Source: Verrucomicrobiota bacterium
Lineage (GTDB): Bacteria; Verrucomicrobiota; Verrucomicrobiia; Opitutales; Seribacteraceae
NCBI GenBank assembly: GCA_027622665.1
Contig: JAQBYT010000035.1
Coordinates: 1 to 45,169, forward strand
Direction: 5' to 3'
DNA: 45,169 nt
In this document: positions 38,476 to 45,169 of the stretch, piece by piece
Position numbering within the stretch: position 1 is the first letter of the stretch
Layout: each line of letters starts with the position of its first letter
The notes under the pieces: generated by a model
Told to the model about the DNA's origin: nothing
The model's database searches: none
What the model saw: the letters and a program-made list of their open reading frames with translations, nothing else
Position numbers and translations under genes: made by a program

Positions 38476-39186
38476 ATGGAAGAAGCCCAACCCCGGGAAG
38501 AGTCCGAAAGCGAGTTACCCGCACTCGACTTTGAACAGTGTCGAGTACTGGGCTCGTTGATCGAAAAGGAGTTAACCACTCCCGAGTACTACCCGATGAC
38601 CCTCAATGCACTCCTGAATGCGTGCAACCAAAAGAACAACAGGAGTCCGAGAGTTAATTTTTCTGAGGAGCAAGTCTCCCAGGCCATCGACCAGTTGCGG
38701 ATTAAAGGACTCGCGTTCAGAATGGATCTCGTAGGGTCTCGTGTCCCAAAATTTCAACATCACGCGGAAAAAACGCTCGACCTGATAAAACCCGAACGAG
38801 CTATCATTGCCGAGTTGTTGAATCGGGGTCCCCAAACCGGTGGGCAGTTGCGAAGCCGCGCGAGTCGCATGTTCGATTTCGAAGGTCTTTCCGATGTGGA
38901 AGAAACCGTAACGGAGATGCAAGACCGCGACGAACCGCTCGTCATGGACATGCATCCTGCCCCTGGTCAAAAGGAACGGCGATGGCGTCACACACTTGCC
39001 CCCCCTCCCTCCGTGGAGGAAATCGAGGGTACCACCGTCTACGTACCTGCCCCCGACCCTAGCATAGAAAAAGTCGAATCAATGGAGACGGAGTTCAAAG
39101 AACTTCGCGACGAAGTCGAAGCTCTACGTTACCAAATTCGTGAAATGTCCGACGACTTTCGCGAGTTCAAGAAGCAGTTCGATTAG
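38476..39186 (+). CDS. DUF480 / YceH family protein
   Basis: RVLGSLIEKELTTPEYYPMTLNALLNACNQKNNRSP, LLNRGPQTGGQLR, C-terminal coiled coil. Confidence 0.9.
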   Translation: MEEAQPREESESELPALDFEQCRVLGSLIEKELTTPEYYPMTLNALLNACNQKNNRSPRVNFSEEQVSQAIDQLRIKGLAFRMDLVGSRVPKFQHHAEKTLDLIKPERAIIAELLNRGPQTGGQLRSRASRMFDFEGLSDVEETVTEMQDRDEPLVMDMHPAPGQKERRWRHTLAPPPSVEEIEGTTVYVPAPDPSIEKVESMETEFKELRDEVEALRYQIREMSDDFREFKKQFD

Positions 39187-39210
39187 ACCGCCTCGCCTCG
39201 CTATCTACTA

Positions 39211-40149
39211 TTAGGAATCCCTCAGTTCGCCACTGGCCAACTGTTTTAGAAATTCCTCATAAGTTCGAGCAATGCCATCCTTCAAGGAAATACTTGGGGA
39301 CCAACCCGTGCTCAAGATGCGTGATACGTCCATCAATTTTTTGGGATTCCCATCGGGCATGGAAGTATCCTGTACGATTTCGCCCTCGAATCCTACCGCG
39401 TGCATTACCAGCTCAGCCAATTCCCGGATCGAAACGTCTTTCCCGGATCCGACGTTAACCCAATCGGGAGGATCCTCTAGTTTCAGAAGATGCACAATAG
39501 CCGCCGCCAAATCGCCGACATGCAAAAATTCACGCCGTGGTTTTCCAGTCCCCCAGATGGTAACCTCAGGAGCTCCAGCCTCTTTTGCCTCATGAAACTT
39601 GCGCATGAGAGCAGGCAACACGTGCGAATTCTCGGGGTGATAATTATCGCCCGGGCCATAAAGGTTTGTAGGCATTACCGAATGAAAGAGCACGCCGTAC
39701 TGGTTACGGTAGTGACGGCATAGTTCCAAACCACAGATTTTCGCGATGGCGTACGCCTCGTTCGTCTTTTCCAAAGTGCCCGTAAGCAAGCACTCCTCTT
39801 TCATTGGTTGGGGTGCACCGCGAGGATAAATACATGAACTGCCCAAGTTGAGAAAACGCTTTACGCCGTTAATCCAAGACGAGTGGACGAGGTTCAGGTT
39901 GATTGCTAAATTTTCTCGTATAAACTCAGCAGGATAAGTGTTGTTGGCGTATATGCCCCCTACCCTCGCGGCGGCATTCAGAACAACCTCGGGTTTTTCA
40001 GAAGCAAGAAAACCGTCCACTGCCGCTTGGTCGTAAAGATCCAGTTCCTCACGCGTCCGGGTGAGGATCTCCCAACCGCCTTCATCATGGAGGGCTCGGA
40101 CCACGGCGGAACCGACCATGCCCCGATGTCCCGAAACGAAAATTTTCAT
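39211..40149 (-). CDS. fcl: GDP-L-fucose synthase
   Basis: [48 protein letters not shown]. Confidence 0.96.
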   Translation of the reverse strand: MKIFVSGHRGMVGSAVVRALHDEGGWEILTRTREELDLYDQAAVDGFLASEKPEVVLNAAARVGGIYANNTYPAEFIRENLAINLNLVHSSWINGVKRFLNLGSSCIYPRGAPQPMKEECLLTGTLEKTNEAYAIAKICGLELCRHYRNQYGVLFHSVMPTNLYGPGDNYHPENSHVLPALMRKFHEAKEAGAPEVTIWGTGKPRREFLHVGDLAAAIVHLLKLEDPPDWVNVGSGKDVSIRELAELVMHAVGFEGEIVQDTSMPDGNPKKLMDVSRILSTGWSPSISLKDGIARTYEEFLKQLASGELRDS

Positions 40150-40167
40150 GCGAGCATGTCTAGAGCT

Positions 40168-41181
40168 TCAGGTAGTTGCATTTTTTAAAGCTAGCTCATT
40201 CTCAGCCAGTTTCATGTCGGCATCCACCATAATTCGCGCCAATTCCTTGAAGGTCACCTTCGGTTCCCAGCCCAACTTTTCCTTGGCCTTAGAGGCATCC
40301 CCAATCAGTAAGTCAACCTCTGCGGGACGCTCGTATTTCTCGTCAAACCCGACATATTCCTTACAATCCAAGCCCAAGTAGGCGAAGGTTTCATCCAAGA
40401 ACTCTTGCACGGTGTGAGTTTCGTTCGTGGCAATAATGTAATCGTCGGGCTTCTCTTGCTGAAGCATCAACCACATGGCCTCGACATACTCCTTCGCATA
40501 ACCCCAGTCGCGCTTGGCATCTAGATTGCCGAGTATCAACTTATTCTGGAGACCCAGTTTTATACGTGTGGCGGCACGGGTTATTTTTCGAGTGACAAAA
40601 GTTTCCCCGCGTCTGGGAGATTCGTGATTGAACAAAATCCCGCTGCTGGCGTGCAACCCGTAGGACTCACGGTAGTTGATCGTCAGCCAATGGGCGAAGA
40701 CCTTGGCGCAACCATACGGAGAACGAGGCCACAAAGGAGTCGTTTCCTTCTGGGGCACTTCCTGCACCTTGCCGAACATCTCGGAAGAGGAAGCTTGATA
40801 GTAGCGCACTTTTTCCACCAATCCTGCTTCGCGAACCGCTTCTAGGATTCTTACCGCTCCCAATCCGGTAATGTCTCCCGTGTACACGGGTACGTCGAAG
40901 GAAACGCGCACATGGCTTTGAGCCCCAAGATTATAAATTTCGTCTGGTTGCAATCTGTAGAGCAATTTGACCAATTGAACGGCATCAGCCAAGTCTCCGT
41001 AATGCAGGAAGAGTCGAGTATCATCCAGCAAGGGATCTTGGTACAGATGATCCAAACGACTTGTATTGAAAGTCGACGCCCTCCGCACGATTCCATGCAC
41101 CTCATACCCCTTTTCCAAGAGGAACTCCGCTAGATACGATCCATCCTGTCCGGTTATACCCGTAATCAACGCTTTTTTCAT
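40168..41181 (-). CDS. gmd: GDP-mannose 4,6-dehydratase
   Basis: [51 protein letters not shown]. Confidence 0.97.
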   Translation of the reverse strand: MKKALITGITGQDGSYLAEFLLEKGYEVHGIVRRASTFNTSRLDHLYQDPLLDDTRLFLHYGDLADAVQLVKLLYRLQPDEIYNLGAQSHVRVSFDVPVYTGDITGLGAVRILEAVREAGLVEKVRYYQASSSEMFGKVQEVPQKETTPLWPRSPYGCAKVFAHWLTINYRESYGLHASSGILFNHESPRRGETFVTRKITRAATRIKLGLQNKLILGNLDAKRDWGYAKEYVEAMWLMLQQEKPDDYIIATNETHTVQEFLDETFAYLGLDCKEYVGFDEKYERPAEVDLLIGDASKAKEKLGWEPKVTFKELARIMVDADMKLAENELALKNATT

Positions 41182-41269
41182 ACTTGGAACATGCTACTGT
41201 TTATATGGGTAACCAGTAAAGAACCGACTCTCTCAAATTCCCGGCATCGAATCCATTTTCCTGTAAATC

Positions 41270-41291
41270 GATTGTAAGAGAAGGTACAATC
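41270..41291. promoter_or_regulatory. Palindromic operator-like site GATTGTA-N8-TACAATC
   Basis: Perfect 7-bp inverted repeat in the divergent gmd / tRNA-Val intergenic region. Confidence 0.4.
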
Positions 41292-41315
41292 TTAAATCAT
41301 CCGGACAACCTTTCG

Positions 41316-41348
41316 TTGACAAGCCACCTTCCATGCTCATTTTAGAAT
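41316..41348 (+). promoter_or_regulatory. Probable sigma70 promoter for tRNA-Val
   Basis: Perfect TTGACA at 41316-41321 upstream of the tRNA; the -10 element is weak (CATTTT after 16 nt). Confidence 0.45.
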
Positions 41349-41363
41349 AGCTTTCTTCAAAGG

Positions 41364-41440
41364 GGGGGATTAGCTCAGTTGGTTAGAGCGCATGCATGAC
41401 ACGCATGAGGTCGCTGGTTCGAATCCAGTATCTCCCACCA
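41364..41440 (+). tRNA. tRNA-Val (anticodon GAC)
   Basis: Acceptor stem GGGGGAT/ATCTCCC, D arm GCTC-AGTTGGTTA-GAGC, anticodon arm CATGC-ATGACAC-GCATG, T arm GCTGG-TTCGAAT-CCAGT, encoded ACCA end. Confidence 0.96.
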
Positions 41441-41458
41441 TTCAATTTCAATAAGGCA

Positions 41459-41647
41459 ATGACTGAAGAAATAACCACGCAGGCCAAACGAAGAAAAAGT
41501 CCCGTCGAGTGGATCATCATCATCGGTCTGGGAACCCTGTTCGCCGTTATTTGGCTATACGCCCACTGGAACTTGTCTCGCCAGCCGCCCCACCATAAAG
41601 GCCCGCGAGCAATGGAACAACCAGGCAAGGTTTCTCCTCAGCCATGA
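41459..41647 (+). CDS. Small single-TM membrane protein
   Basis: MTEEITTQAKRRKSPVEWIIIIGLGTLFAVIWLY...; ATGA overlap with the SDR gene. Confidence 0.55.
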   Translation: MTEEITTQAKRRKSPVEWIIIIGLGTLFAVIWLYAHWNLSRQPPHHKGPRAMEQPGKVSPQP

Positions 41648-42336
41648 TCTCCGTACCGGCAGGCGTTGTCTGCATTACGGGATGCTCCCGCGGATTGGGT
41701 CGTGCCATGGCTCTGGCATTCGCTCGGCTAGGATGGCAAGTGGCTGGTTGCGCAAGAACCGTAGAAGCGATTGCAACTCTGGCTGAAGACTTAGGCAATC
41801 CTCACATCTTCCAAGCGGTAGACGTGACCAAGGATGCCGCCATGCAATCATTCGCGAAAACCGTCATCGACAACCTCGGCGCACCGAACCTGCTCGTCAA
41901 CAACGCAGCCCTCATTAACGCCAATGCTCCGCTAAAGGATATTTCCCCCGAGGAGTTCGCAAACATTCTCGCTGTAAACCTCGGTGGTGTTCACCACTCC
42001 ATTCGCGCCTTCCTTCCGGCCATGGAAGATGCCGAGCGTGGCGTCATCGTCAATTTCAGCTCATACTGGGGTCGCTCCACGGCACCCGAGGTAGCTCCTT
42101 ACTGCAGCACCAAATGGGCGATTGAAGGTCTTACCCAAGCCCTTTCCCAGGAATTGCCGATCGGTCTCGCAGCAGTAGCCTTCAATCCGGGGATCATCGA
42201 CACCGACATGCTCCGTTCCTGCTTCGGGGAAACCGCCGGAGACTATCATTCCCCCGAGGAGTGGGCGAAGAAGGCAGTACCCGCCTTGGCAAACTTAGGT
42301 CCGAAAGACAACGGAAGTTCCGTCACGGCACCCTAG
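41644..42336 (+). CDS. Short-chain dehydrogenase/reductase
   Basis: ITGCSRGLG, LVNNA, NFSS, YCSTK catalytic motif, NPGIIDTDM. Confidence 0.93.
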   Translation: MISVPAGVVCITGCSRGLGRAMALAFARLGWQVAGCARTVEAIATLAEDLGNPHIFQAVDVTKDAAMQSFAKTVIDNLGAPNLLVNNAALINANAPLKDISPEEFANILAVNLGGVHHSIRAFLPAMEDAERGVIVNFSSYWGRSTAPEVAPYCSTKWAIEGLTQALSQELPIGLAAVAFNPGIIDTDMLRSCFGETAGDYHSPEEWAKKAVPALANLGPKDNGSSVTAP

Positions 42337-42409
42337 GTCTACTATGCTAGGATTCTCACGAACCGCAAGCATTCGGAACTAAACCTTCGATCAAAGAACT
42401 GTTTCGAAG

Positions 42410-42710
42410 CCCGAGTCCTTCCAGAGGAAACAAATCTACTCGTCTTCTCTTTAAACCTCGGCGGTATCCATAACTCCATTAGAGCCTTTCTCCCCTATAT
42501 GGAAAAAGCCCGGAGTGTAGTCATCGCCAACTTCAGTTCTTCCCAAGGACAATCGAATGCCCTTGAAGCGGTTCCTTTCAGCACTACAAAGTAAGGCAAT
42601 AAGTGGTTTGCAGTAGTCGACTCGCCTTTATCAATACCGATATCTTCCGCACCTGCTTCGTGTCCGAAGCGTTAAGGTAACCTTTTATCCCGACGGGATG
42701 GGAACAAGGG
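42410..42710 (+). pseudogene. Degenerate second copy of the SDR C-terminal half
   Basis: Translates as NLGGIHNSIRAFLPYMEKARSVVIANFSS...PFSTTK*, against intact NLGGVHHSIRAFLPAMEDAERGVIVNFSS...PYCSTKW. Further on, INTDIFRTCF matches IDTDMLRSCF. Confidence 0.75.
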
Positions 42711-42736
42711 GGGGCCAAGTTAGCTAGGCTGCAGGA

Positions 42737-45169
42737 TTACTTTTCCTCAAGCTCTTCGATCTCAATAGTGCCTTCTTCAGTCGACTGGAAGAAGGAACCA
42801 GTAAGCTCATTGGAAATGAAGACATTTCCGAGATCGGAACGGTTCCATTCTCCCGCAAGCTCTACGGATGGGTCCAAGGCGATGAAATACTCCTGATTTT
42901 GATCATCCGTAACATACAGTAAACGGCGGCTAGGACCATAGATAACCAGCTTGGTAGAACTTACATTATTTATATCAATAATACTTTCTAGGGTAGCCAG
43001 ATCGGAGATAACTACTTCCGCTAAAGCAAAACCTGCGGAAAGCGCTCCGGCATCATAATTGGTGCCGTAATGAAGCTTTGTTGTTCCATATCCTTGAGTT
43101 GAAGTAACGTCATGAACCTGCAGGGAAGTATAGGTGGCTTCCGCATCCTTGACTTGAAGGGACGCCGTAGAACTTAGCGTTATTGCATCGCCTGCATATA
43201 CCTCGACCGCGTCTCCGGTAATGGTCGAATTAATGGTAACGTCGTCAGTGGCGGCGGTACCTTGCGCCGCAAGTATGATCTTACCAATCGTTTTATTAGT
43301 AATTGGCGCATCCACAGTTATCGGGCTTTGCGTCAAGATCTCTACATTGGCTTCAGTTCCGCCGGAAAGTTCAATTCCGGAGAGCCCTAAGTTGTTGGTA
43401 AATGAGGCAACGGGAGAGATAGTCAAACCTCCTGTATTCGCAACTTTGATCGCACCCGTATCGGAAAGAGCAGCCAATTTCGATACGGCCGTTCCGGACT
43501 TGAATTCAATACCAGTGGTAGCTCGCGCTTGCAGAGATTGAGCAACCGCAGTACCTGAAATGGATCCAGTCTCTCTAATTGCAATTTCATTGCCTGCCTT
43601 GAGAGTTAGTTCTCCAAATACGTTGTCTGCATCGTCAAGAACTATGTTCGTGCCGGCAGTAATGGAACTAGCAACGCCATCCTGGGCAAGAATCTCTCCC
43701 GTTTGGATAATATCTGCACTGGAAGTCAAGCTCAGGGAAACAGAAGCCTCGGAAGCAGCAATCGCCATGGAGCTATCCTCGGAAATAGAAACCGCTGCTC
43801 CAGCAAAGTCCAAGCTGCCGAAGTTCGTCGTTTCTGAAGTTGCGTCACCAAGAATAACGTTCTGACCGGTAGCCACTATTGTAGCCAGACCAGCAACGCT
43901 TACGTTGCCACTGTCGGTAAGCGCACCGCCGGTGGTAGTAACCGTCAAGTCTTGTCCCACGCTGACTGTTCCGAGATTCAAGGCGTTCGCGTCCGTGATT
44001 GCGACGTCCTTGGCACCCGTGTTGCTCAAGCTAACCGAACCGGTGAAGTCATTGGTAGCTTGAGTGAGTGTTATCAGATTGCCTCCGGCAGTAAAGCTAG
44101 AGGTGCCGGCAACATCCAAGGCACCCGTTTGGGAAATGTCACCGGAAGCCGTGACTGACAGATTCCGGCCTACAGCCGTCGTGCCAAAGCTCGTAGCGGC
44201 TGCAGAGGTCGTCAGGTCGCTGGTCGCACCGGTAATGGTTCCGTTCGCAGTCAAACCGGTCACTGCAGTGAGAGAGGTCGATCCCGTTGTAGTCAAGGTA
44301 ACCGTCAAGTCGGTGGCGTCCTTCAAGGTCGTCGAACCACCGGTTACCGTAACTGCTCCGGTAAACTCGTTGGTCGCAGTGTCCAACTCAACGGTTTGAC
44401 CCGTGGCGCTGATGGTAGAGGTGCCGGCAACGGTCAGCTTGTCGGTATCGCTCACAGCGCCTGAAGCCGTAACGGAAAGATTGCGTCCAACCGTAGTCGC
44501 TCCGAAAGTCGTGGCTGCAGCCGAGGTTGTCAAGTCACTGGTTGCTCCAGTCACGGTTCCGTCAACGGTTAAGCCGTTCACCGCAGTAATTGCGGTTGCT
44601 CCACTTGTCGTAAGGCTAGCCGACAAGTCGGAAGCATCCTTCAATGTGGTGACTCCACCGGTTATCGTGACTAAGCCGCTAAACTCGTTGGTCGCATCAG
44701 AAAGATCGATTTCATTGGTTCCGGCCGTAAAGCTGGAGGTGGTGTCGACGTCCAAGGCTCCCGTTTGGGAAATCTTACCGGAATTGGAGATCACTACCAG
44801 AGAACCACTTTCAGTCGAACCACCAAGTATCGTAGCGATCGAATTCGTAAGTTGGACTACCTCTTCGTTGTTACTATCGGAGTCGGTCGAAACCAAGCTG
44901 ACTGCACCAGTAAACTCATTGGCAGCGTTAGTCAGAGTGATTGTGGTATCGTTCGTCTGAGTCGTGAAACTTGATGTTCCTTCAACATCCAAGGCACCCG
45001 TTTGGGAAATATTACCGGAAGCCGTCGCTGACAGATTCTGCCCCACCGCAGTCGTTCCAAAGCTCGTAGCAGCTGCGGTGGTTGAGAGATCGCTTGTAGC
45101 TCCACTGACGGTTCCGTCCACCGTCAAGCTATTCACCGCGGTGATCGCAGTTGTTCCACTTGCCGTTAG
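42737..45169 (-). CDS. Large Thr/Gly/Ala-rich repetitive beta-helix surface protein (filamentous-haemagglutinin-like), C-terminal part
   Basis: Frame is open to the window edge (LTASGTTAITAVNSLT...). Recurrent modules GATSDLTTSAAATSFGTTAVGRNLSVTASG, ISQTGALDV and TNEFTGAV. Confidence 0.85.
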   Translation of the reverse strand, partial: LTASGTTAITAVNSLTVDGTVSGATSDLSTTAAATSFGTTAVGQNLSATASGNISQTGALDVEGTSSFTTQTNDTTITLTNAANEFTGAVSLVSTDSDSNNEEVVQLTNSIATILGGSTESGSLVVISNSGKISQTGALDVDTTSSFTAGTNEIDLSDATNEFSGLVTITGGVTTLKDASDLSASLTTSGATAITAVNGLTVDGTVTGATSDLTTSAAATTFGATTVGRNLSVTASGAVSDTDKLTVAGTSTISATGQTVELDTATNEFTGAVTVTGGSTTLKDATDLTVTLTTTGSTSLTAVTGLTANGTITGATSDLTTSAAATSFGTTAVGRNLSVTASGDISQTGALDVAGTSSFTAGGNLITLTQATNDFTGSVSLSNTGAKDVAITDANALNLGTVSVGQDLTVTTTGGALTDSGNVSVAGLATIVATGQNVILGDATSETTNFGSLDFAGAAVSISEDSSMAIAASEASVSLSLTSSADIIQTGEILAQDGVASSITAGTNIVLDDADNVFGELTLKAGNEIAIRETGSISGTAVAQSLQARATTGIEFKSGTAVSKLAALSDTGAIKVANTGGLTISPVASFTNNLGLSGIELSGGTEANVEILTQSPITVDAPITNKTIGKIILAAQGTAATDDVTINSTITGDAVEVYAGDAITLSSTASLQVKDAEATYTSLQVHDVTSTQGYGTTKLHYGTNYDAGALSAGFALAEVVISDLATLESIIDINNVSSTKLVIYGPSRRLLYVTDDQNQEYFIALDPSVELAGEWNRSDLGNVFISNELTGSFFQSTEEGTIEIEELEEK

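Noticed and set aside
41364..45169. tRNA-Val as an integration site for an island or prophage
   Set aside because: No integrase, no duplicated tRNA 3' end and no phage genes within the window.
44060..45169. CRISPR-like or DGR-like repeats
   Set aside because: The repeats are in-frame coding modules with synonymous variation. There are no unique spacers, cas genes, reverse transcriptase or adenine-specific variation.

Overview
A 45 kb stretch of bacterial chromosome, most likely a marine Verrucomicrobiota (Opitutales-like) genome. That placement is inferred from RNase HIII, a DUF5069-like gene, a PVC-type pilin-like gene and a Trp-rich surface-protein tail. Both window edges fall inside repeat-rich secreted proteins on the minus strand. 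The core is intact housekeeping: tkt, trpS, an rnhC-rnhB-pdxJ-acpS-nnr-nucleotidyltransferase operon, mutY, mpl, purD, a low-molecular-weight phosphatase, glyA, rnr, dapF, rplU-rpmA, gmd-fcl and tRNA-Val(GAC). Envelope modules are interspersed: a GldA/GldF-GldG/DUF4340-parvulin ABC system, and a serine-palmitoyltransferase-like enzyme converging on an ACP-FabZ fusion plus two glycosyltransferases. Four decayed genes are present (S8 protease, TlpA-like, Trp-rich surface protein, SDR duplicate). The most notable observations are: (1) a fibre-like secreted protein, missed by the ORF track, whose repeats end in the bacterial N-glycosylation sequon D-x-N-x-S/T, with further D/E-x-N-x-S/T sites in other exported proteins, suggesting PglB-type N-glycosylation; (2) a candidate glyco-sphingolipid or aminolipid synthesis and export locus; (3) a DapF with both catalytic Cys replaced by Ser. 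No CRISPR array, integrase, IS element or rRNA was seen. All family assignments come from motif recognition by eye, not from database searches.
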